Part shown: positions 40,067-48,986 of the stretch, one piece after another
How the letters are laid out: each line of letters begins with the position of its first letter
How positions within the stretch are numbered: the stretch's first letter is position 1
NCBI GenBank assembly: GCA_964440795.1
Contig: CAYTTQ010000004.1
Span: 3,622 to 67,621, forward strand
DNA from: an uncultured Desulfobacterales bacterium
GTDB lineage: Bacteria; Desulfobacterota; Desulfobacteria; Desulfobacterales; C00003060
Reading direction: 5' to 3'
Length of the DNA: 64,000 bases
Notes under the pieces: generated by a model
Database searches by the model: none
What the model was told of the DNA's origin: nothing
The model's input: only the letters and a program-made list of their open reading frames with translations
Translations under genes and position numbers: made by a program

Positions 40067-41826
40067 TGTGGTATCTCCTTGGACGCTCGGATACCCGGTT
40101 CTTTTCCCGGGGTTACCAGTTCGGGGGCGATATTCAGATACTGGAGGGTCTCTTTGGCAATTCGACTAAACGCCGGTGCGGCGACCACACCGCCGTAATG
40201 ATGTTTGCGGGGCTCGTCTACCATTACCAGGATGGTCACTGCAGGATTTCGAGCCGGGGCAAATCCGGCGAAAACGGCGACGTACTTGCCGGGCGCATAC
40301 CCGGCCTTGCCCGGATCCACCTTTTGGGCCGTTCCGGTTTTCCCGGCAATGCGGTACCCACTTACGGCCGCCTTTTGGCCCGTTCCACCCTTTGCAACCA
40401 CCCGTTCCAGCATGAGGCGAAGCGCCCGGGCCGTTTCGGAAGAAACCGCCCGGTCTTTTGGTTCCGGTCGAAAGGCCTTGATTACGTGTCCGTGGCCATT
40501 CGTCATGGCTTCGACCATGTAAGGCTTCATTACCACGCCCTCATTGGCGATGGCGTTTACGGCTGCCGTGAGCTGTAAGGCGGATGTCGATATTCCCTGA
40601 CCAAAGCAAACGGCCAAGGCATCCATATCGGACCAGCGATCAGGATGGATCGGGGACCCGGGGGTTTCTCCAGGACAATCCACACCGGTACGGACGCCAA
40701 AGCCGAAGGCCTTTAATTTTTCCGCCAGGTATTGTCTTCCCAGGCGTTGGCCGATTTTAACCGCGCCGATGTTGCTGGAAAACTTCAAGATATCCTGAAG
40801 GGAGAGGGTGCCATAGGGGTGAACATCATGGACAACGTTGTTGCCGATTTGGTACCGGCCGTCTTCACAGTCAAATCGGGTATGTCGGGTGCATATTCCG
40901 GACTCGATCGCAGTCGCCGCCAAAAAGATCTTAAATGTGGAGCCCGGTTCAAAAGAGTCCGTAACCGTCCGGTTTCTTCGCCACCACGGTTCATAGTTTG
41001 AAAACGTGTTCGGATTGAATTCCGGAACGTGCGCCACGGCCAAAACGGCCCCGGTTGCCCTTTCCATAACGACGGCAATGCCTGAACTAGCTGCATATTG
41101 CGCCACGGTTTCCCGTAAAGCGGTTTGGGCGGTATGCTGAATGTTTTTGTCTATGGTGAGGATCAGATCATAGCCGTCTTGACCGATGGTCGGTGTCGAC
41201 TCCGTTTGAAAGGACCGCCCCAAGGCATCCCTGAAAACGGTCCAATTACTGATACGGCCACTCAGAACCGGGTTATAGTAGTATTCCAGGCCTTCCAGGC
41301 CTTCCCCGTCGGTTCCGCAAAAGCCGATCACTTGGGCAGCCAGCGTCTTCATCGGATAATATCGCTTACTTTCGCTTATGAAATCCAGCCCGGAGATTTC
41401 CAGCTGCCGTGTCCCGGAGACCTCTTCCGGTGTCGCGTGTCGCTTGACCCATACGAAGTTCTTGTCTGACTGGAGGTTTTGCAAAAGGTCTTGCCGGTCG
41501 ATACCGAGCGTCTTTGCCAACATCTTGGCCGCCTTACCCGGTGCCGTAACCTCTTTGGGCCGGGCGCAGATGGAAGTCACGGTTACGCTCACCGCCAACT
41601 CGGTACGATTCTTGTCATAAATCGTCCCTCGTCTCGGGGCCTTTCGGATTGCCCGCTTGTACTGATTGGCGGCCTTTTCCGAAAGTTCGCCGTGGTCGAT
41701 GACGTTAAGTTGTACGGCTCGGGCCAAGACGATGCCAAAACAAAGACCCAGCCCAATGCCGACCACGCCGACCCGGAAACGGACCCATTTCATGTGATTT
41801 GCCCGTATCTTGCGATAGCGTTTCAT
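40054..41826 (-). CDS. ftsI: penicillin-binding protein 3 / FtsI transpeptidase
   Basis: 590 aa. N-terminal TM, with STFK, SSN and KTGT motifs. Confidence 0.9.
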   Translation of the reverse strand: MKRYRKIRANHMKWVRFRVGVVGIGLGLCFGIVLARAVQLNVIDHGELSEKAANQYKRAIRKAPRRGTIYDKNRTELAVSVTVTSICARPKEVTAPGKAAKMLAKTLGIDRQDLLQNLQSDKNFVWVKRHATPEEVSGTRQLEISGLDFISESKRYYPMKTLAAQVIGFCGTDGEGLEGLEYYYNPVLSGRISNWTVFRDALGRSFQTESTPTIGQDGYDLILTIDKNIQHTAQTALRETVAQYAASSGIAVVMERATGAVLAVAHVPEFNPNTFSNYEPWWRRNRTVTDSFEPGSTFKIFLAATAIESGICTRHTRFDCEDGRYQIGNNVVHDVHPYGTLSLQDILKFSSNIGAVKIGQRLGRQYLAEKLKAFGFGVRTGVDCPGETPGSPIHPDRWSDMDALAVCFGQGISTSALQLTAAVNAIANEGVVMKPYMVEAMTNGHGHVIKAFRPEPKDRAVSSETARALRLMLERVVAKGGTGQKAAVSGYRIAGKTGTAQKVDPGKAGYAPGKYVAVFAGFAPARNPAVTILVMVDEPRKHHYGGVVAAPAFSRIAKETLQYLNIAPELVTPGKEPGIRASKEIPQWAG

Positions 41827-42119
41827 GGAAGTACCACGACCTGTCCAGGGGTGGGCATCACGAGCCCTTGCTTTCGAGCCAAATCCTTAATCCGCTCGGG
41901 CGATTTGAGTTGTGCGTGCTCGACTTTCAATTTTTGGTTGAGTGCCATGAGGCGCTGATATTCTTGTCTGGCCTCGTTCAGTTCGTATCCCGTTTGTACG
42001 TATTCGACGCGACACCAGCTATAGATCAGCAATTCGGCCATTAAGAATATCGTCAATGCAAACCACGGCAATACCCGAGAAGGTTTCCGACCTGTCACGG
42101 CGCGCTTTTTCATGATCAT
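41823..42119 (-). CDS. ftsL: cell division protein FtsL
   Basis: 98 aa. Single TM plus a coiled-coil-like tail, between rsmH and ftsI, with 4-nt overlaps on both sides. Confidence 0.7.
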   Translation of the reverse strand: MIMKKRAVTGRKPSRVLPWFALTIFLMAELLIYSWCRVEYVQTGYELNEARQEYQRLMALNQKLKVEHAQLKSPERIKDLARKQGLVMPTPGQVVVLP

Positions 42120-43087
42120 TCCCCCCGTAGCTTTTCGACTGCTCTCAGTTTGGCGCTGCGGGCCATCGGGTTGACATTTACGGCGTCAGGGTTGGGTCTC
42201 ACGGGTTTTTTCGTCAAGATACGAGCTTGAGGTTTTTTGCCGCATGTACAAACGGGAAATTGAGGCGGACACCGACAGGGATCGGCCATTTCTTTGAATC
42301 GTTGCTTCACCATCCGGTCTTCCAGGGAGTGAAAGGAGATAACACAAAGTCGTCCGCCGGGACGTAAAAGCTCAGGGGCGCAATTCAGGAAGTGCTTGAG
42401 GCTGTCGAGTTCCTGGTTGACTGCTATGCGGATTGCCTGAAATGTCCGGGTGGCCGGGTGAATGTGACGAGGCTGATACTTGGCAGGGATGGCCTGCTTG
42501 ACGATTTCAGCCAATGTCAGGCTGGAGGCAATCGGTTCCTTGCGGCGGGTTTTAACGATGGATGCGGCGATACGGCCCGCCCAGCGTTCTTCGCCGTAGT
42601 CCGAGATGATTGCCGCCAGCCGATCTTGGGTGAAATCATTGACAACGTCTCGGGCCGTCATGTCTTCTTTCGGATTCATGCGCATGTCCAAAGGTTCGTC
42701 CAGCTTGAAACTGAAGCCCCGACCGCTACCCGCCAGGTGATACAGGGAAAGTCCCAGGTCGAGCAAAATGCCGTCTGCCGATCTTTCGCCCAGTTCGGTG
42801 CGGATTCGGCCGGTATCGGCAAAGTCGGCGTGAAGGAGTCGGAGTTGGGAAGTGAATCCCCGGAGGGACTTCCCGGTAGAGGCAATAGCGTCCGGATCTT
42901 TGTCGATTCCCACCAAGAAGCCGTTTGGTTCGATCCGTCGTAAGATAGCCTTGGTATGGCCCCCTCCCCCCAAGGTACCGTCCACAAACGTTTGGCCCGG
43001 CTTACAGTCAAGATAGTAAAGAACCTCTTCGACCATGACCGGAACATGATGGTAGTGCATCGGCGCGTCGTTGCTAAGGGTCGGCAC
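42116..43087 (-). CDS. rsmH: 16S rRNA (cytosine1402-N4)-methyltransferase
   Basis: 323 aa. HVPVM..DGTLGGGGH and the SFHSLEDR motif. Confidence 0.95.
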   Translation of the reverse strand: MPTLSNDAPMHYHHVPVMVEEVLYYLDCKPGQTFVDGTLGGGGHTKAILRRIEPNGFLVGIDKDPDAIASTGKSLRGFTSQLRLLHADFADTGRIRTELGERSADGILLDLGLSLYHLAGSGRGFSFKLDEPLDMRMNPKEDMTARDVVNDFTQDRLAAIISDYGEERWAGRIAASIVKTRRKEPIASSLTLAEIVKQAIPAKYQPRHIHPATRTFQAIRIAVNQELDSLKHFLNCAPELLRPGGRLCVISFHSLEDRMVKQRFKEMADPCRCPPQFPVCTCGKKPQARILTKKPVRPNPDAVNVNPMARSAKLRAVEKLRGE

Positions 43088-43110
43088 AAAAAGCGGTTCT
43101 CGAGAAAACT

Positions 43111-43563
43111 TTATAACCCCAAGGCCGCGATCTCGTTTCTCATGGCTTCATCTTTCAAGTCTTTCTCCAATTTCGCGCCCTCTTGAGCCCAGTTTTCTCG
43201 GCTCCATATCTCAAAATGGTCTAAGACGCCGACCAGGACGATTTCTTTGTTGAGACCGGCGTCTTCCCGCAGGGCGGGGGGGATTAGAATGCGGGCTTGT
43301 TTATCCAGAAGACATTCAAAAGCTCCCCCGATGAAGATTCTTCGAAAGCGCCGCATGTGTTCGCTCTTGGTGGCCAGGTTGAGAATGCGCTGTTCGATTT
43401 CCTGCCACTGTTCAAACGTATAGCAGAAGATGGCCCCATCCATCTTGGATGCCATGACGCCGTCTACATTACTCTGGCCGAGTACGTTTCGGAATCGTGC
43501 CGGCACGATCAACCGCCCTTTTTCGTCCAGCGTATGAAACGAGTTGCCACGGAACATGGTCAT
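43111..43563 (-). CDS. mraZ: transcriptional regulator MraZ
   Basis: 150 aa with two DxxxR-type repeats (LDEKGRLIVPARFR, LDKQARILIPPALR). Confidence 0.95.
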   Translation of the reverse strand: MTMFRGNSFHTLDEKGRLIVPARFRNVLGQSNVDGVMASKMDGAIFCYTFEQWQEIEQRILNLATKSEHMRRFRRIFIGGAFECLLDKQARILIPPALREDAGLNKEIVLVGVLDHFEIWSRENWAQEGAKLEKDLKDEAMRNEIAALGL

Positions 43564-43602
43564 GCCCTAAAGTTTTCCTTTGCCATCATTCTCAATCCCT
43601 GG

Positions 43603-43655
43603 CTCCACTTTCCCCCACTTTCCTCCACCCTATAGTCGCCCTTTTTTAATGTCAA
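43603..43655 (-). promoter_or_regulatory. dcw promoter candidate with three MraZ-type direct repeats
   Basis: The minus strand reads TTGACA(43655-50)-N15-TATAGG(43634-29), then GTGGAGGAAA-GTGGGGGAAA-GTGGAG. The GTGG cores (43628-25, 43618-15, 43608-05) are spaced exactly 10 bp apart, 40-67 nt upstream of the mraZ ATG. Confidence 0.6.
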
Positions 43656-43868
43656 GAAAAAAAGGCAGACGAGTCTTGAATTTTTCCTGTATTTCACAGT
43701 CATTAAAGAGGCACGTGCCGGGGTGGTGCACAATGGGTTGGGTTCCCGAATAGCGGAGACCGTGATGTAGTGGGTAGGGGGCTGCGAGCCCTCGGGCGGA
43801 CGGGTCCGATTTTCGGTGCATTCGGGGTGGAGCCCGCCGTTTATGAGGGACGCGACGTAGCCGAAGAT

Positions 43869-44873
43869 TTATCGGGAAAGCTGGTACTTACGGACCATTT
43901 TTTTGTGTTCTGCAAAGGTGTGGGAAAAATGGTGGGAGCCGTCATTTTTGGAGACAAAATAGAGGTACGCTTTTTCGGCCGGAAACAGGACGGCTTCCAG
44001 AGAGGCCTTTCCGGGGTTGGCGATAGGCCCGGCGGGAAGTCCTTTGAACGTATATGTATTGTACGCCGTAGGGGATTTGAGGTCCCTTCGCGTCAGATTT
44101 CCGGTGAATTCCTGGAGGCCGTAGATAACCGTGGGATCGCTTTCGAGTCGCATGTTGCGTTTCAACCGGTTCAAAAAAACGGCGGCGATTAAGGAACGTT
44201 CAGCAGCCTTCCCGGTTTCTTTTTCAACGATAGAGGCCAGAGTGACGACCTCGTGAACGCTCAGGCCGGATGCTTCGGCCCGGTCCCGCCAGGCTGGCGT
44301 GAAGACGGTATAGAACTGACCCACCATTTTCGTAACGATTTCCCCCTCTGACATGCCTTTGGGAAAATGGTAGGTTTCGGGAAAAAGGTAGCCCTCCACC
44401 GAGTCGGCCTGAATTCCGAGTTGCGTCACAAAATCGGTGTCCGTGGCATAGTCTAAAAACCGGTCCCGATCAACGAGATCAAGGTCTTCGAGCAGGTCGG
44501 CGATCTGTGCCATGGTCATACCCTCGGGGAAGACGACTTTGTGCAACACCGGCCGGCCGTGGACCAGAGTGTGCAAAATGGTGGCCGGAGACATGGAGGA
44601 AGAAAGCGCGTATTCGCCTGCCCGAATCTGTCTTTCATATCCCTGTAGATACGCAAGCCATCGGAAACGGTCCGGGTGCTTGACGAGTCCCGCCGATTTG
44701 AGCTGATCGATGGTGGTAAAAAAACTTTGGCCGGGCTTGATCCACAGGGTTACGGTCTTTTCCTGAGTCCCTGTTGGTCTTGTCGTTGCATACCGGTAGA
44801 ACCAAAGGCCGAAACCCAGGCCTACGAGGACAAGAAACAAACCGGAATAGGTGATAGCCTGGGTCTTGTTCAT
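43869..44873 (-). CDS. mltG: endolytic murein transglycosylase MltG (YceG-like)
   Basis: 334 aa. N-terminal TM and the LASIVEKETG catalytic-Glu region. Confidence 0.9.
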   Translation of the reverse strand: MNKTQAITYSGLFLVLVGLGFGLWFYRYATTRPTGTQEKTVTLWIKPGQSFFTTIDQLKSAGLVKHPDRFRWLAYLQGYERQIRAGEYALSSSMSPATILHTLVHGRPVLHKVVFPEGMTMAQIADLLEDLDLVDRDRFLDYATDTDFVTQLGIQADSVEGYLFPETYHFPKGMSEGEIVTKMVGQFYTVFTPAWRDRAEASGLSVHEVVTLASIVEKETGKAAERSLIAAVFLNRLKRNMRLESDPTVIYGLQEFTGNLTRRDLKSPTAYNTYTFKGLPAGPIANPGKASLEAVLFPAEKAYLYFVSKNDGSHHFSHTFAEHKKMVRKYQLSR

Positions 44874-45051
44874 GTTTTTGAGTTTTTATCCTTTTTGTCG
44901 TAAGATGACATCATTGGCCTGGGTTCAAACAGTTAAACGAATATCCAAATTTTATCCTATTCATTGACCGGGGTCAATAAAAGCGCCGGTTTCAAAGGGT
45001 GTCTGTCCCCCCGAAAGATGCTCGACGAAGAGAGGACCGTTTTGTGTCAGG

Positions 45052-45771
45052 GTGGCTATGTCCGTGTTCTATAGACAAGACGACAAAACGATTCGCCCAT
45101 GGTGCAAGTGGTCTTGGGATCCACTCACGGGCTGTGAACACGATTGCGAATCCTGTGCCGCGTTGGCCAAGATTCAAAAACTTTATGCCCAAACGCACGC
45201 GGAGGGCTTTAATAGCTTCAGTCCTCGGCTTTGGCCGGAGCGCTTCGACGCCCCGTACGAGACCCCGATACCCAGAAGTGGTGCCGCAGGGAGCAGAAAC
45301 GTCTTTTTAAACCGTTTGGGAGATCTGTTCGGTCCTTGGGTGGAGCGGGAACATATAGAGGAAATTCTGAAAATTGTCGCAGATACGCCTCAGTGGAACT
45401 ATATTATTCTTACGAAAACCCCAACGCGCTGCTCACAATTTTCTTTGCCTGCCAATATCTGGTTGGGTATCAAGGTAGATAAACAGCAGGAAATAAAGCC
45501 GGCTGTTGAGTTTTTCACTGACTATAAGGGCGTCGTGCGCTTTTTCTGGTGTGACCCTTTATTGGAATGGCTCCAGTTCCCGACGCTGGCCTGTATCGAT
45601 TGGCTGGTCGTAGGTGATAGAGCCAAGAGCCGAACCCAGCCGGCATTTGTACCTCCACGGCTGTGGGTTTCCAGCCTGGTGAGGCAGGCGGAGTCGGCGG
45701 GATGCAAGGTTTTCGTTAAATACCAAAAGGACTCGGGACACAAACGATTTCCCGGAGATGAAATATCTTGA
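45052..45771 (+). CDS. DUF5131 (phage Gp37/Gp68-like) protein
   Basis: 239 aa. The N-terminal W.WDPLTGCEHDCESC resembles the family signature W.P.TGC....C..C. Family recognition from memory. Confidence 0.65.
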   Translation: MAMSVFYRQDDKTIRPWCKWSWDPLTGCEHDCESCAALAKIQKLYAQTHAEGFNSFSPRLWPERFDAPYETPIPRSGAAGSRNVFLNRLGDLFGPWVEREHIEEILKIVADTPQWNYIILTKTPTRCSQFSLPANIWLGIKVDKQQEIKPAVEFFTDYKGVVRFFWCDPLLEWLQFPTLACIDWLVVGDRAKSRTQPAFVPPRLWVSSLVRQAESAGCKVFVKYQKDSGHKRFPGDEIS

Positions 45772-45826
45772 CCCGGGGGGCGGCCAAAATTAGACTGCGC
45801 GGGATGTTTCCGCAAATCAAAAGGTG

Positions 45827-45854
45827 TAAGGGCTCGCGCAAAAATAATTTCACA
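45827..45854 (+). repeat. solo copy of dispersed repeat (TAAGGGCTCGCGCAAAAATAATTTCACA)
   Basis: 27/28 identical to 21019-21046. Intergenic, between the DUF5131 gene and the bactofilin gene. Confidence 0.7.
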
Positions 45855-45943
45855 GAATCGGCGTTCTTCCATGCACCCGTTTTTTTCTCGGTAAGAAACG
45901 CCCGGCCCACCGCCATGAAATACGTGTAGGGGGAAAGATCCAT

Positions 45944-46303
45944 ATGACCAAACAGTCAAGCTCTGAAATACAAACCTTTCTGGGGCCCCAAACCACGCTG
46001 GAAGGCACCTTGACCTTTACCGGTACCGTTCGCCTGGATGGGCATTTCGCCGGCACGATAGAAAGTGACGGCGGGACCATGGTCGTCGGCCCCCACGCGG
46101 TGATCAATGCCGATGTCACCGTCCGAACGGCAACGGTGAGCGGTGAGGTGAAGGGTAACATCCGGGCCACCGATCGCATTGAATTGCACGTGCCGGCCAG
46201 GGTGTACGGGGATCTCCACGCCCCGGTGGTGCTTATTGACGAAGGCGTTGTGTTTGATGGCAAATGCACCGCTACCTCTCAACAACCGGAGGGCGGGGAA
46301 TAA
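45944..46303 (+). CDS. bactofilin (polymer-forming cytoskeletal protein)
   Basis: 119 aa. Beta-helical repeat pattern (G.L.F.G.VR.DG.F.G.I.....V.V.G.V.G.I...). Confidence 0.85.
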   Translation: MTKQSSSEIQTFLGPQTTLEGTLTFTGTVRLDGHFAGTIESDGGTMVVGPHAVINADVTVRTATVSGEVKGNIRATDRIELHVPARVYGDLHAPVVLIDEGVVFDGKCTATSQQPEGGE

Positions 46304-46423
46304 ATGAACCCGGACCGGCAGATGGATGCTTCCCCGTCTGCCGTCTGTCGGAGGACACTGCCTCTCCGCCAAAACACCGACCGTGGTTTCAAGCCCAGGC
46401 AATAGGGAGTTCAACGCAACATA

Positions 46424-47584
46424 ATGAATGACAAAGCCCTTCATCGTTTAAATTTCAACGACAAAGACATTACGATCGTGGCCACCGCTCATGTATCGCG
46501 GGAAAGTGCCGACCTGGTTTCCCGGGTTATTCGCGAAGAAACACCGGAAACGGTTTGCATCGAGCTTTGTGCTTCCAGGTACAAGTCTTTGACCGAGAAG
46601 GATCGATGGCGGAACACCGACCTGTTCAAGGTGATCAAGGAAAAAAAAGCCTTCGTGTTGCTGTCCAACTTGATGTTGACTTCTTTTCAGAAGCGGATTG
46701 GGGATAAATTGGGCATCAACCCGGGAGAGGAAATGATCCGGGGTATTGACGCAGCCCAGGCCGTGGGCGCTCACATTCATCTGGCAGACCGGGACATTCG
46801 AACCACGTTGGCACGGGTATGGCGCGCTATGGGCCTCTGGTCGAAACTCAAGTTGATGGTCAATATCGTGCTTTCCGCCGGACAGTTGGGTGCCATTGAA
46901 CAAGAAGATGTGGAGCGTATGAAGAATGAAGACATCCTGGAAACCCTGCTGCAGGAGTTGGGTCAGTTTTTACCCGCCCTTCGGGACATCCTTATTGACG
47001 AAAGAGATCAATATCTGTCTCACAAAATCCGGTCGGCGCCGGGCAGACGTATCGTTGCCGTTGTGGGTGCCGGTCATGTCCCGGGCATAAAAAGGTACTG
47101 GGAGAAGTCCGTCGATATGAAGGCATTGGAAGAAATGCCGCCGCCGAGCAAGGGGATGCGTTTGGTGAAGTGGGCAATTCCCCTATGTGTGCTGGCCATA
47201 ATCGTCTGGGGGTTTTTTGCCGCCGGCGGGCTGGCGGGACGAGACATGCTGACGTGGTGGATTTTGGCCAATGCCGTATCGGCCGGCTTGGGGGCAAGTT
47301 CGGCCTTGGCCCACCCGGTTACCATACTGTCGGCAGTCGTGGCCTCGCCCGTCACCTCGCTCAATCCCATGATTGCCGCAGGGTGGGTGGCCGGTCTCGT
47401 GGAGGTCTTTTTGGGCAGACCGAAGGTCCGAGACTTCGAAGGCCTCAGCCAAGATATCTTGACCGTCAAAGGGTTTTGGAAGAATAAAGTGACCCGCATC
47501 CTGTTGGTCGTGGTCTTTACCAATTTGGGGAGTGCTTTGGGGACCTTTGTGGCCATTCCGCTGATGCTCAAGGTCCTCGCCTAG
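46424..47584 (+). CDS. TraB/PrgY/GumN family protein with C-terminal membrane domain
   Basis: 386 aa. ITIVATAHVSRESADLV, ERDQYLSHKI and VVGAGHVPGI, followed by 4 or more hydrophobic segments. Confidence 0.78.
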   Translation: MNDKALHRLNFNDKDITIVATAHVSRESADLVSRVIREETPETVCIELCASRYKSLTEKDRWRNTDLFKVIKEKKAFVLLSNLMLTSFQKRIGDKLGINPGEEMIRGIDAAQAVGAHIHLADRDIRTTLARVWRAMGLWSKLKLMVNIVLSAGQLGAIEQEDVERMKNEDILETLLQELGQFLPALRDILIDERDQYLSHKIRSAPGRRIVAVVGAGHVPGIKRYWEKSVDMKALEEMPPPSKGMRLVKWAIPLCVLAIIVWGFFAAGGLAGRDMLTWWILANAVSAGLGASSALAHPVTILSAVVASPVTSLNPMIAAGWVAGLVEVFLGRPKVRDFEGLSQDILTVKGFWKNKVTRILLVVVFTNLGSALGTFVAIPLMLKVLA

Positions 47585-47716
47585 GAGGCTGCCGGCGGCA
47601 GTAACCGGAGTCCGGGTCAGTGCCTCATTTCTGGTTATAGACTCCCAGGAGATAAAAGTTGAGCGGATTGATGAGACAGTGCACCTGCCAGGTGGAAATG
47701 GAAACGGGGTGATAGG

Positions 47717-48787
47717 GTGAATATCGGGCTGGTAGGACTGGCGAATTCGGGAAAGACAACGGTGTTTAACGTGCTCACGAAGTCTGATATGGCGGTTACC
47801 TCCTACGTGAACGTCGACTCGGAACCGAACCGTGGAATGTTTGAGGTGGGTGATCGCCGCGTGGCGCCGCTCGCTGAGATGTATAAACCGAAAAAGATCA
47901 CATATGCGGTTATTGAGTTGATTGATTTCGTTGCTTTAACACAAGGCTCCGCTAGAGGCGGACTCTTTCCCGGCAGCTCGATGGCATTGATTCGTAATAC
48001 CGATGCCGTTTGTTTGGTACTGCGCAATTTTTACGATGCGCTGATGGGGGACCCAACGCCATGGGCCGATCTTGAGAAACTGGAAGAAGAACTCCTGATT
48101 TCGGATTTGGTGGTGGCGGAGACGCGATTGGAGCGAATTGAAAAGGCATGCCAACGGGGAAAAAAGACGAGTCTGCTTGAACGAGAAGAGCGCACACTCC
48201 AAACGATCGTTGAGGCGTTGAGTAACGAAACGCCCATCCGCGATCTGGCGCTAGACGGCGAGTCTGAAAAGATGATCCGGGGGTTTCAATTCCTTACCCA
48301 AAAGCCGATGATGGTGGTGGTGAACTCCGATGAAGGTCGATTCGGCAAAGATGACGCCTTGTTGGAAAAAATCGGGAAACAGTATACGGTTATCGAGTTT
48401 GCCGGCCAGTTCGAGATGGAGCTGTCGCAGCTTACCTATCAAAAGGAAATCGCTTTGTTCATGCAAGACATGGGTATTGAAGCGTCGGCAAGGGACAGGC
48501 TTTCCGGCGCCGCCTACCGCCTGTTGGGGTATATCAGTTTTTTTACGGTAGGCCCCGACGAGGTCCGGGCTTGGAGTATTCAAGCCGGGCAATCCGCCCT
48601 GGCAGCGGCGGATACGATCCATTCGGACCTGGCCCGGGGATTTATAAAAGCGGAGTGTATGTCATATGAAGATCTGGTCCGTTGTGGATCCGCCAAAAAG
48701 GTGACCGAACTCGGTTTACTCCGGTTGGAGGGAAAAGACTACGTGGTGAGAGATGGAGACGTCTTGAATATCAGGTTTAACGTATAG
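47717..48787 (+). CDS. ychF: YchF/OLA1-like P-loop NTPase
   Basis: 356 aa, GTG start. GLANSGKTT P-loop and a C-terminal TGS-like EGKDYVVRDGDVLNIRFNV. Confidence 0.82.
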   Translation: MNIGLVGLANSGKTTVFNVLTKSDMAVTSYVNVDSEPNRGMFEVGDRRVAPLAEMYKPKKITYAVIELIDFVALTQGSARGGLFPGSSMALIRNTDAVCLVLRNFYDALMGDPTPWADLEKLEEELLISDLVVAETRLERIEKACQRGKKTSLLEREERTLQTIVEALSNETPIRDLALDGESEKMIRGFQFLTQKPMMVVVNSDEGRFGKDDALLEKIGKQYTVIEFAGQFEMELSQLTYQKEIALFMQDMGIEASARDRLSGAAYRLLGYISFFTVGPDEVRAWSIQAGQSALAAADTIHSDLARGFIKAECMSYEDLVRCGSAKKVTELGLLRLEGKDYVVRDGDVLNIRFNV

Positions 48788-48899
48788 CCTTCGCGCAAAC
48801 ACACACCTTTCGCTTCCCCACAAAGGGAATCCCGCTGCAACAGTTTTCAATAAATTGTGTGTCGGTCAAAAAAAAATGGCATATGTGGTATATGTTTGC

Positions 48900-48928
48900 T
48901 TGACGGCGCCCTGTGGGTTTGGTATAGG
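48900..48928 (+). promoter_or_regulatory. sigma70-like promoter candidate for the ParA-like gene
   Basis: TTGACG-N17-TATAGG, about 60 nt upstream of the ATG at 48987. Confidence 0.4.
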
Positions 48929-48986
48929 CGGGATTCTTCTTTAGGCTGACATGCCAAATTCGCGAAGAGATCAAGAGGGAGGGAGT

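Noticed and set aside
45052-45771. Prophage or integrative-element call based on the DUF5131 gene (and on the excisionase-type HTH at 21272)
   Set aside because: The window contains no integrase, capsid, tail, terminase or att-like tRNA, and both genes are flanked by core genes.
21018-45854. The idea that the recurring 24-29-bp motif is a CRISPR repeat
   Set aside because: The copies are 20-24 kb apart or in inverted orientation, with a 128-bp internal spacer. There is no regular repeat-spacer periodicity and no cas genes.
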